From contig CABSBF010000005.1 of NCBI GenBank assembly GCA_902475855.1, positions 1,741 to 65,740 of the forward strand: 64,000 bases of DNA. The letters run 5' to 3'. Below are positions 9,203 through 18,238 of this stretch, piece by piece; the first letter of the stretch is position 1, and every line of letters starts with the position of its first letter. The notes under the pieces were generated by a model. That model saw only the letters and a list, made by a program, of their open reading frames with translations, searched no databases and was not told where the DNA came from. The stretch is from an uncultured Eubacteriales bacterium (lineage in GTDB: Bacteria > Bacillota > Clostridia > Oscillospirales > Oscillospiraceae). The position numbers were made by a program, and so were the translations under genes.

Positions 9203-11068
9203 TCAATAATCAATGCGGCCGGGAGTGGCGATCTCGTCCATGGTGTTGGTGCAGTCGATGTGGCCATCGGGATGACTCTTGGTGATGAGCGACTTTTCCA
9301 GAAGCTCCGGAATGGTTTCAACCTCGCTGTTGGCAAAGGCACGCATCTTCTCGCCTGCTGTGGCCATTCTCGCGGCGATGCCGCCCAGACGCACCTCAAG
9401 GATTTCAAAGCCGTTGGGCTTGTTGGTGGACTCCCAGAGCTTGCGCCACAGGACGCGCAGCGTATTGAGCGCCTCGATCGTTTCGGGCACACCGTCGGCC
9501 AGCGCTGCTGCCGCTTCGCGGTCACCGCGGCGGACAATGTCGCCCGCCTGCTCGTGCCAGACGCACTTGAGCGCCAGCGTGTGGGCAAGCGTGGTGTAGA
9601 AATCAAACAACAGAGCATATTCCGGGTTCTCGTGGGCATAACGTGCGTACTTCTGCACGAGAGAGCCGAAGTGACGGCTCATCTCCAGGCCCTCGGTATC
9701 GGCCTCAAAGAGCTGAATGAGCGGATCCTGATACAGCAGGAACTTGCAGGCATTGCCTGGGTCATTGCAGTAGCTGACCATGCCGGGGATCGTGTTGAGC
9801 AGGCTGATGTCCAGGAAGGCCTGGGCATCGGCGTTGCAGCAGCGGGCAAAACGCGCGCGCAGTGCTGCGTCGTCATAAACGCCGGTGTAGTCCAACTCTG
9901 CGTAGAGCTGCAAGCCGAGCAGAGCGGCGGTCATATTGCTCTCGCCGCCGTTGTCGCCCCATGCAGTTGCGAGCGCAAAGGGGATACCGGCTTTCATGCA
10001 GGCAGTCAGACCGGCGACGGTATTTTCAATGGTAATGGGGTAGTCCGGTGCCGGGCCGATCCATGTCCAGATGCCTCCGGCAAACACCGTGGGGGCCGGG
10101 AACTGCGCGTGCTTGTGGAGTGCGTCGGCGTACATCTCCTCCTTGGACTGATAATAGTCCCAGTACACCAGCGTGATGCGCGGGTCGACGGCAGCTTTCG
10201 CCTTCTCGGAGGGGAGGCCTCCGTTATGATAATTGTAACCGTCGAGGTGGAAGTACATATCGCTCCAGATCATAGCGGACAGGCCATAATGATCGGTGAT
10301 CTCCAGAACGCGGGAGAGGTGGCGGCCGATGACGCTGTGCGGATCCTCATAGCCATAGCGCATCAGGTGCGCGCCGAGGCCGACACCGAACGCCTCGTCC
10401 ATGCCAAGATGGATGCGCTTGGAGCGATAGGGAGCGGTCGCTGCGCGAATCATCTGGTCGAGCAGAACATAGGTCTGCTCATCGTCGGCCAGCAGCACTT
10501 CGTCATTGTCACGATAGCCGCGGAAGACCGGCCAGTGCAGAATGCGCTTGAGATGGCCGAGGGCCTGAATGCAGGGGCAGAGCTCTATGCCGAAGAGATT
10601 TGCGTAATCGTCCAGAGCTTTCAGTTCGTCAAAGGTGTAGCGGCCGCGTTTGTAGCCGAAGAAGGGCTGCTCGGGCACCTCGTAGGTATCTTCGGTGTAC
10701 ATCATGCCCATATTCAGGCCCATCAGCGCCATCTTGCGCAGAATGTAACGCAGGCCCTCTGGCTTGAGCACAGCATTGCGCGAGCAGTCAAACATGATGC
10801 CGCAGGTCTCAAAACGCGCCTTTTCACGGATGGAGACCGGCGCAAGCGGCTGGGGGATCAAGCTCAGGGCGCGGTAAAACTGCACCGGTGCAGCCCAGGT
10901 CAGAGTGACCGTATGGCCGTCGGACTCGACGCGCAGATCGTCGCCCTTGACGCAGTGAACCTCTATGCCGTCTTCGGCAGAGAGAAAGCCCAGCTCATGC
11001 TTCAGTTCGGCAAGAGCCTGCTGCCAGTTTTCGGGAGCTTGGCCGAGAATGTGAATGTGTTGTTCCAT
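9203..11068 (-). CDS. GH20-family beta-N-acetylhexosaminidase (GcnA/HexDC-like)
   Basis: MFDCSRNAV, YTEDTYE, PCIQALGHL, catalytic IHLGMDEA, MIWSDM, VYWDYY, AWGDNG. Confidence 0.9.
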   Translation of the reverse strand: MEQHIHILGQAPENWQQALAELKHELGFLSAEDGIEVHCVKGDDLRVESDGHTVTLTWAAPVQFYRALSLIPQPLAPVSIREKARFETCGIMFDCSRNAVLKPEGLRYILRKMALMGLNMGMMYTEDTYEVPEQPFFGYKRGRYTFDELKALDDYANLFGIELCPCIQALGHLKRILHWPVFRGYRDNDEVLLADDEQTYVLLDQMIRAATAPYRSKRIHLGMDEAFGVGLGAHLMRYGYEDPHSVIGRHLSRVLEITDHYGLSAMIWSDMYFHLDGYNYHNGGLPSEKAKAAVDPRITLVYWDYYQSKEEMYADALHKHAQFPAPTVFAGGIWTWIGPAPDYPITIENTVAGLTACMKAGIPFALATAWGDNGGESNMTAALLGLQLYAELDYTGVYDDAALRARFARCCNADAQAFLDISLLNTIPGMVSYCNDPGNACKFLLYQDPLIQLFEADTEGLEMSRHFGSLVQKYARYAHENPEYALLFDFYTTLAHTLALKCVWHEQAGDIVRRGDREAAAALADGVPETIEALNTLRVLWRKLWESTNKPNGFEILEVRLGGIAARMATAGEKMRAFANSEVETIPELLEKSLITKSHPDGHIDCTNTMDEIATPGRIDY

Positions 11069-11114
11069 AGAAACGACTCCTTTCTTGAATCGGGACGAGC
11101 CCTCAAGCGCGTCT

Positions 11115-11348
11115 ATTATGACATAAAAAACGAAGAAATGCTAGTATGAAAAGGACACTTTCCAAGATATCTGTACAATTCGAAAGAACTGGAGGCTTGC
11201 ACAATAATTAGCTGTTGAAATTGTGCAACTCGACGAAAACGGAAAATAAACGCAGGAAAGCATTTGAAAAAAATTCTAAAAATGTATCCTTTTCATACTA
11301 TTAAGTTCCGTTTTCAGACTATAAATCCGGAGAGGTTCTCTGTATAAT
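11115..11348. promoter_or_regulatory. Divergent promoter region with shared operator TTTTCA(T/G)ACTA
   Basis: Copies at 11142-11152 (minus), 11290-11300 and 11311-11321 (plus); -10 boxes CATAAT (minus, 11115-11120) and TATAAT (plus, 11343-11348). Confidence 0.7.
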
Positions 11349-11414
11349 AGAGATACAATGAAATGCAAATTGAGAGACGCAACGAAAGAAATTATAGGGA
11401 AGTAGGGTGAAGAA

Positions 11415-12389
11415 ATGACAAGACTGAAGCCCCGTGCCACAGGGGTGAAGAAGAAGCCCTTCTGGAAGTGGACGCGCGATGATATTGAACTGACAATTCT
11501 CGCCGTTCCGACGATCGTATGGTATATCCTCTTCTGCTATCTGCCGATGTTCGGTCTGATTCTGGCAATGAAGGACTATAAGATCGTCGATGCCTCCAAG
11601 AGCTTCTTATACAACCTGTTCCAAAGCAAGTGGGTCGGGTTTAAGAACTTTGAGTATTTTATCAAGCTGCGTGATTTCCCGCAGATCCTGCGCAACACGC
11701 TGCTGTACAATGCCGCGTTTATCGTGCTGGACATTGTCCTGCCGGTCGGCCTGGCAATCATGATCAGCAATATTTACAGCAAACGCAAGTCCAAGTTCTA
11801 TCAGACGCTCATGTTCATGCCGCACTTCATGTCGTGGCTGGTCGTCAGCTATTTCGTCTACGCAATGCTCGTTACGGATAAGGGCCTGCTCAACGGTCTG
11901 ATCCGCGCTTTCGGCGGCGAGAACATCAACTGGTATGCGGAACCGAAATATTGGCCGTACATACTGGTCATTATGCATATCTGGAAGGTGATCGGCTACA
12001 GCATGGTCGTCTATCTGGCGTCCATCACCGGCATTGACTCCACCCTTTACGAAGCGGCTTCTCTTGACGGCGCGTCAAAGTGGCAGCAGGCATGGTATGT
12101 GACCATTCCTTCGCTCAAGCCCATCATTATTATGATGTTTATTATGGCTGTCGGCCATATCTTCTCCTCGGACTTCGGCCTGTTCTATCAGGTAACAAGA
12201 GGTGCAGGACAGCCGCTGACTCCGGTCGTGGCAACCTTTGACGTGAAGATCTACCAGATGGTCACGGGCAGCACGAGCATCGCACAGAGCGCGGCGGCGT
12301 CCATGTTCCAGTCCATCGTCGGCTGCGCGACCATCCTGCTGGCTAATGCAATCGTTCGCAAGATCGACAAGTCCAGCGCCTTGATTTAA
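11415..12389 (+). CDS. Carbohydrate ABC transporter permease (LplB/YteP-like)
   Basis: YLPMFG, WVGFKNF, PHFMSW, EAA loop LYEAASLDGASKWQQ. Confidence 0.93.
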   Translation: MTRLKPRATGVKKKPFWKWTRDDIELTILAVPTIVWYILFCYLPMFGLILAMKDYKIVDASKSFLYNLFQSKWVGFKNFEYFIKLRDFPQILRNTLLYNAAFIVLDIVLPVGLAIMISNIYSKRKSKFYQTLMFMPHFMSWLVVSYFVYAMLVTDKGLLNGLIRAFGGENINWYAEPKYWPYILVIMHIWKVIGYSMVVYLASITGIDSTLYEAASLDGASKWQQAWYVTIPSLKPIIIMMFIMAVGHIFSSDFGLFYQVTRGAGQPLTPVVATFDVKIYQMVTGSTSIAQSAAASMFQSIVGCATILLANAIVRKIDKSSALI

Positions 12390-12405
12390 CGGGAGGTGCA
12401 GCAAG

Positions 12406-13344
12406 ATGAAAAGAAAGCATCCCGTTTCCAAAAATGACAATGCGACAAAGCTCAACCGGATCCGTCCGACGACCAATGTCCTGTTCAATCTGCTGTTCCT
12501 GATTCTGGCGCTGTCCTGCCTTCTCCCCGTGATTTTCATTTTCGTTATTTCCATCACGGATGAACAGGTCGTGCGTACACAGGGCTATCAGTTCTACGTC
12601 ACTGCCAAAACCATTTCTGCCAGCGCCTATAAGTACCTCTGGACCCAGCGCGCAACCATTCTGCATTCTCTGTGGATTTCCATCGAGGTCACGGTGATCG
12701 GCACTGCCCTCGGCGTGATGCTGACCTCCCTCATGGGCTACGTCCTGTCCCGAAGAGAGCATAAGCTGCACGGCTTCCTGACCATCCTGATCTTTATCCC
12801 GATGGTGTTCGGCGGCGGTCTTGCGGCATCCTATGTGGTCAACACCCGCATCCTGAAGCTGACAGATACCATCTGGGCTCTGATTCTGCCGCTTGCGGTG
12901 TCCAGCTTCAACGTCATCATCACACGAACCTTCTTTAATTCTACGATCCCGGACTCCGTGATCGAATCGGCACGTATTGACGGCGCATCGCAGTGGACGA
13001 TATTCTTCAAGATCGTCCTGCCGGTGTCCAAGCCGGTGCTGGCGACCATCGCGCTGTTCCTTGCTTTCGGCTACTGGAACGACTGGTATCAGTCCCTGCT
13101 GTACATCCGCAGCGACAGCCTGCGCTCTTTGCAGGCGCTGCTGCAGGCCATGCAGAGCAACATCCAGTTCCTGACCAAGAACCCGACGGCCAGCCTCGGC
13201 ACGGCGGACCTGATAAGAACCATGCCAACCGAATCCGTCCGAATGGCAATCGCCTTTGTCGTTGCTGTTCCGATTGCCTGCATCTATCCCTTCTTCCAGC
13301 GCTACTTCATCTCCGGCCTGACCATCGGCGCCGTGAAGGGATAA
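12406..13344 (+). CDS. Carbohydrate ABC transporter permease (YtcP-like)
   Basis: PMVFGGGL, IESARIDGAS, YWNDW, YPFFQRYFISGLTIGAVKG. Confidence 0.93.
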   Translation: MKRKHPVSKNDNATKLNRIRPTTNVLFNLLFLILALSCLLPVIFIFVISITDEQVVRTQGYQFYVTAKTISASAYKYLWTQRATILHSLWISIEVTVIGTALGVMLTSLMGYVLSRREHKLHGFLTILIFIPMVFGGGLAASYVVNTRILKLTDTIWALILPLAVSSFNVIITRTFFNSTIPDSVIESARIDGASQWTIFFKIVLPVSKPVLATIALFLAFGYWNDWYQSLLYIRSDSLRSLQALLQAMQSNIQFLTKNPTASLGTADLIRTMPTESVRMAIAFVVAVPIACIYPFFQRYFISGLTIGAVKG

Positions 13345-13416
13345 CCAAAACCGTATTGAAGCGGCGGTGCCGCTACAATAAATCGCAAACCCCAAATATA
13401 TTTAGGAGGAACTGAA

Positions 13417-14889
13417 ATGAAGAAACTTCTCGCACTGCTTCTGGCTATCGTTATGGTCGCTGCTCTCTTTGTTGGCTGCGCCGGCGATCTGGAAACTCCC
13501 ACCGACCCCAGCAAGCCTGACGACTCCCAGCCGTCTTCCAAGACTCCCACCGACGAAATCGTCGATCTGAAGTGGGTCACTGTTGGCGGCGGTATGCCCG
13601 AAAACTATGACGCATGGAAGGCTAACCTCGACAAGTACCTCGAAGCAAAGATCGGCGTGCATCTGGACGTCGAAGTCATCTCCTGGGGCGACTGGGATAC
13701 CCGCCGCAACGTCATCGTCTCCACCAACGAGCCGTACGACATCATCTTCGGCAACAACGGCACCTACACTTCCGACATCAACCTCAATGCTCTGGCTGAC
13801 ATCAGCGGCATGCTCGACTCCGTCCCCGGCCTGACCAACCTCATCCCCGAGGATTACTGGAAGTCCCTGGAAGTTGATGGCAAGATCTACGGCGTTCCCA
13901 CCTATAAGGACTCCTCTGCCACGATGTACTTCATCTATGACGAAGAACTCGTGAAGTCCACCGGCCTTGACTTCGAAGGCGCTCACACCATGGAAGCTGT
14001 CACCCCGATCCTCAAGGCTATGTATGAGAAGAAGGGCGAATCCGTTTTCATCCTGAACAAGGGTGGTCTGGATGCTCTCTACGGCATGAACTACGACGAT
14101 CTCTCCCTCGGCTTCCCGGCAATCGGCGTTTCCTACAAGGGCGGCGAGGCTAAGGCTGTCTCCGTCTTCGAGCAGGAAGACATCAAGGCTGGTCTGGCAA
14201 CTCTGCGCTCCTGGTATCAGGCTGGCTACGTCAACTCCGACGCTGCCGTTCTGGACGAGGCTCCTCAGTACCGTCCGTGCTTCGTGGCACAGGGCTGGTC
14301 CGCTGCTGCGAAGACCACTTGGGGTCCGAACATGGGCGTTGATGCCGTCGCGATCCAGTGGGGCGACACCGTGATGTCCAACTCTACCGTTCAGGGTTCC
14401 ATCAACAGCATCTCCGCTTCCTGCAAGCATCCGGAAAAGGCTCTGCAGCTCCTCGAGCTGGTCAACACCGACTCCTATGTCCGTGACGCTCTGTACTATG
14501 GCCTCGAAGGCGACAACTTCAACTACACCGCTGACGGCAAGGTTGCTGTTGACACCAGCAAGACCTGGAAGATGGCCGGCTACACGCAGGGCACCTTCTT
14601 CAACGTCTCCTACAAGGAAGGCGACGACTCCAACCAGTGGGCCGAGGTTCAGGCTCTGAACGCTCAGGCTGTTGCTTCCCCCGCTCTGGGCTTCACCTTC
14701 GACCAGACCAAAGTCACTGATGAGATCAAGGCTTGTGTCGCGATCTATCAGGAGTATCGTCCGATGCTCATGACCGGTGCTGCTGACCCCGAGGCAACCA
14801 TCGACAGCATGCTCTCCGCTATGCGTGAGTCCGGCTTCGACAAGATCCTTGCCGAGGTACAGGCTCAGCTCGATGCTTGGGCAAAATAA
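13417..14889 (+). CDS. Oligosaccharide ABC solute-binding lipoprotein (DUF3502-type, NgtS-like)
   Basis: Lipobox LFVGC, IYGVPTYK, KHPEKALQLLEL, SPALGFTFD, strong RBS, codon usage typical of highly expressed genes. Confidence 0.92.
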   Translation: MKKLLALLLAIVMVAALFVGCAGDLETPTDPSKPDDSQPSSKTPTDEIVDLKWVTVGGGMPENYDAWKANLDKYLEAKIGVHLDVEVISWGDWDTRRNVIVSTNEPYDIIFGNNGTYTSDINLNALADISGMLDSVPGLTNLIPEDYWKSLEVDGKIYGVPTYKDSSATMYFIYDEELVKSTGLDFEGAHTMEAVTPILKAMYEKKGESVFILNKGGLDALYGMNYDDLSLGFPAIGVSYKGGEAKAVSVFEQEDIKAGLATLRSWYQAGYVNSDAAVLDEAPQYRPCFVAQGWSAAAKTTWGPNMGVDAVAIQWGDTVMSNSTVQGSINSISASCKHPEKALQLLELVNTDSYVRDALYYGLEGDNFNYTADGKVAVDTSKTWKMAGYTQGTFFNVSYKEGDDSNQWAEVQALNAQAVASPALGFTFDQTKVTDEIKACVAIYQEYRPMLMTGAADPEATIDSMLSAMRESGFDKILAEVQAQLDAWAK

Positions 14890-14910
14890 GTAACTAACCC
14901 CGTGTTACGG

Positions 14911-14948
14911 CAAGGGGAGCCGATGCGCACGCACCGGCTCCCCTTTTT
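14911..14948 (+). terminator. Intra-operon stem-loop or terminator after the SBP gene
   Basis: AAGGGGAGCCG...CGGCTCCCCTTTT. Confidence 0.75.
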
Positions 14949-15082
14949 GAGATATTGTTTCGGAAATCTGCACGAAAAAAGAAGGCTCCGCTTCTGTTTT
15001 CGGCGCGGAACCGCCGACTATCCGACGGCTCCGCTCTGCAAATAGACAACAAGCAATTTTCAAGCAAGTGAGGGAAACTACT

Positions 15083-18000
15083 ATGTACTTTATCGACCAG
15101 AGGATTCAAGTCATCTGCAACCAACTCGGTATGCTGCGTTTCACCGACAGCCTAGGTCTTCCGGACTGGGAGTATAAAAAGGGTCAGTTCTTCCGCCCGG
15201 AGGAGGCTGACGCCGCCCCGGCACCCTGGGAAAACTTCGACTGCCAGCGGATGCACTGGTATGCCGATTACGCCGGAACCGACCAGTTCGAAGGGAAGTT
15301 CCAGGGACAGGCCACGGATTTCCACGGCATTCCCGGCACGCACTATTGGTTCCGTAGCCGTATTACCATTCCGCAGAGCATGGACGGTAAGTCCGTCTGG
15401 CTGAGACTGCACACCCAGATCGAGGAGTGGGACGACGGCAAAAACCCGCAGTTCCTGGTGTTTGTCAATCATGAGGTCGTGCAGGGCGCCGACATGAATC
15501 ACCGCGAAGTGCTTCTGCGCAAGTGCGCCGTCGGCGGTGAGGAACTGACGCTGGACATTCAGGCCTATACCGGCACGCTTCACCGTGAATTTGCCTTCCT
15601 TGCCAATCTATATGTGCTTGACGAGCGGCTGAATCATTTGTATTATGATCTTCTGGTACCCCGTCAGGCATTTGACCGCCTTGGACAGGACAGCCAGGTG
15701 CGCCTAGAACTTCAGACAGTTCTGAACGATACGATCAACCTGCTCGATATGCGCGTGCCGTATTCTGCGGATTTCTATGCCTCCGTGGAGCGCGCGCAGC
15801 AGTATATCACGGAAAATCTCTATGAAAAAATGTGCGGGGCAAGCGATGTTATTGCCACATGCATCGGCCATACCCACATCGACGTGGCGTGGTGGTGGAC
15901 GGTTGCGCAGACCCGCGAGAAGGTTGTGCGCTCCTTTGCCACCGTGCTCAAGCTTATGGACGAGTTCCCAAGCTATAAATTCATGTCCAGCCAGCCGGTG
16001 CTGTATTACTTCCTCAAGCAGCGTTATCCGGAGCTGTATGAGAAAATCAAGCAGCGCGTGGCCGAGGGCCGCTGGGAAGTCGAGGGCGGCATGTGGCTGG
16101 AGGCCGACTGTAACCTGACTTCGGGCGAGTCGCTTGTGCGCCAGTTCCTGTACGGCAAGCGCTTCTTCCGTGAGGAATTTGGCAAGGACAATAAAATCCT
16201 GTGGCTTCCGGACGTTTTTGGCTATTCCGGTGCTCTGCCGCAGATCATGAAGAGATCCGGCGTCGATTATTTTATGACCACCAAGCTCGCGTGGAACCAG
16301 ATCAACCGTATCCCCAACGACACCTTCCTGTGGAAGGGAATTGACGGCACCGAGGTTCTCACCCATCTGATCACCACCCTTGGCGTCGGCCAGGATCCCA
16401 AGGAGAGCTTCTTTACGACCTACAATGGCAATCTGCACCCCGATGCTGTCATGGGAGCATGGGAGCGCTATCAGAATAAGGAGATCAACAACGATGTCCT
16501 GATCTCCTACGGTTACGGCGACGGCGGCGGCGGCCCGACCCGTCAGATGCTTGAAACGTCCGAGCGCATGGAAAAGGGCATCCGCGGCCTGCCGAAGGTG
16601 CGCCAGGAGACGGCGCGCACCTACTTTGAAGAGCTGAACGAGCGCGTCAGGGACAACCGCCGTCTGGAAACCTGGGAAGGCGAATTCTATTTTGAATATC
16701 ACCGCGGCACTTACACCTCCATGGCCCGCAACAAAAAGGGCAACCGCAAGAGCGAGTTCCTGATGATGGACCTTGAGCTCCTGGGCGTTCTTGCAGGCAA
16801 CTATCCCGCGGAGGAAGATACCCGTCTGTGGCGTGACGTCATACTGCTCAACCAGTTCCACGACATTCTCCCCGGCAGCTCCATCGCAGAGGTCTACGAG
16901 GTCACGAAGGCGGAGTATGATGCCCTAGCTGTCGAGGTCAAGCAGCTCATCGCGGAGCGCCTGCGCGGCATTGCCGGCCAGGGAGAGGGACTGACGGTCG
17001 TCAACACACTGGGCTTTACCCGCGACGACGTGGTCGAACTGGGCAACGTATCCGCTACTGCACTGGCTGACGAGAACGGCTCGCTCTATCCCATCCAAAA
17101 GACGGAGAACGGCGCAGTTGCCTATCTCAAGGCACTGCCTTCCAAGGGATGGCGTACCTACCGCCTTGCGCAGGCGCAGAAGGAAAGCCCCTTCCACCGC
17201 GATGGCGAACGGATTCTGGAAACGCCCTTCTATCGGGTCGAGTTGGATGAGAACGGTCACCTCTCCTCAATTTTTGACAAGGATTTCGACAGAGAACTGG
17301 TAAAATCCGGAGAAAAAGCGAACCTCTTCCGCTTGTATGAGGACAAGCCGATTTATTATGACAACTGGGATATCGACCGCTTCTACACCGAAAAGTCCTG
17401 GGATGTTGACGACCTCGTCTCCATGCGCTGGACGGAGGACGGCCCGGTGCGCACGACGCTGGAGCTGGAGTATCAGTGCAGTCTCAGCACCATCCGCCAG
17501 AAGATTCACTTCTACGCCGATACCAGACGCATCGACTTTGAAACGACGGTGGATTGGAAGCTGCACCAGCACTTGCTCAAGGTGGAATTCCCGCTGGATA
17601 TCCACACGGACGAGGCTACCTTTGACATCCAGTTCGGTAATGTAACAAGAAAAGTTCACAGCAATACAAGCTGGGACAAGGCACGCTTCGAAAGCTGTGC
17701 ACATAAGTGGGTGGACTATTCCGAGGGTCATTACGGCGTGAGCCTGCTCAACGACTGCAAGTACGGCCACAGCATTCTGAACGGCTCGCTCGCCCTCACT
17801 TTGATCAAGAGCGGCATTGAGCCGAACCCGAACACCGACGTTGAACTGCATACCTTCACTTATTCGCTCTATCCCCATGGCGAAACGTGGAAGCAGGCGG
17901 GAACCGTCCGCGAAGGCTACAAGCTCAACCTTCCGGCCTATGCCGTTGCCGGTGGTACGCCTGGCGCATGCTTCAGCTATGCGTCCGTGGATGCGCCGAA

Positions 18001-18229
18001 CGTTGTTCTTGAAACGGTCAAGCAGGCCGAGGATGGTCAGGGAACAATTCTGCGCCTTTACGAGTCGGAAAATGCCCGTACAAAGACAACGCTTACCCTA
18101 CCGGCCGGTGTGTCGCACGCATACGAAACCAACCTGCTTGAAGAAATTGAGACAGAGCTGCCTGTGGAAAATGGCATGCTGCGCTTCACGATGAAACCCT
18201 TTGAGATCAAGACAATCCTGCTTAAATAA
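15083..18229 (+). CDS. GH38 alpha-mannosidase (cytosolic, 2C1-like)
   Basis: GHTHIDVAWWW, GGMWLEAD, LWLPDVFGYS, YGYGDGGGGP, EYHRGTYTS, LNQFHDILPGSSI. Confidence 0.96.
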   Translation: MYFIDQRIQVICNQLGMLRFTDSLGLPDWEYKKGQFFRPEEADAAPAPWENFDCQRMHWYADYAGTDQFEGKFQGQATDFHGIPGTHYWFRSRITIPQSMDGKSVWLRLHTQIEEWDDGKNPQFLVFVNHEVVQGADMNHREVLLRKCAVGGEELTLDIQAYTGTLHREFAFLANLYVLDERLNHLYYDLLVPRQAFDRLGQDSQVRLELQTVLNDTINLLDMRVPYSADFYASVERAQQYITENLYEKMCGASDVIATCIGHTHIDVAWWWTVAQTREKVVRSFATVLKLMDEFPSYKFMSSQPVLYYFLKQRYPELYEKIKQRVAEGRWEVEGGMWLEADCNLTSGESLVRQFLYGKRFFREEFGKDNKILWLPDVFGYSGALPQIMKRSGVDYFMTTKLAWNQINRIPNDTFLWKGIDGTEVLTHLITTLGVGQDPKESFFTTYNGNLHPDAVMGAWERYQNKEINNDVLISYGYGDGGGGPTRQMLETSERMEKGIRGLPKVRQETARTYFEELNERVRDNRRLETWEGEFYFEYHRGTYTSMARNKKGNRKSEFLMMDLELLGVLAGNYPAEEDTRLWRDVILLNQFHDILPGSSIAEVYEVTKAEYDALAVEVKQLIAERLRGIAGQGEGLTVVNTLGFTRDDVVELGNVSATALADENGSLYPIQKTENGAVAYLKALPSKGWRTYRLAQAQKESPFHRDGERILETPFYRVELDENGHLSSIFDKDFDRELVKSGEKANLFRLYEDKPIYYDNWDIDRFYTEKSWDVDDLVSMRWTEDGPVRTTLELEYQCSLSTIRQKIHFYADTRRIDFETTVDWKLHQHLLKVEFPLDIHTDEATFDIQFGNVTRKVHSNTSWDKARFESCAHKWVDYSEGHYGVSLLNDCKYGHSILNGSLALTLIKSGIEPNPNTDVELHTFTYSLYPHGETWKQAGTVREGYKLNLPAYAVAGGTPGACFSYASVDAPNVVLETVKQAEDGQGTILRLYESENARTKTTLTLPAGVSHAYETNLLEEIETELPVENGMLRFTMKPFEIKTILLK

Positions 18230-18238
18230 TGATGTAAT

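Noticed and set aside
9125..11149. 674-aa plus-strand ORF
   Set aside because: Antisense shadow of the GH20 gene.
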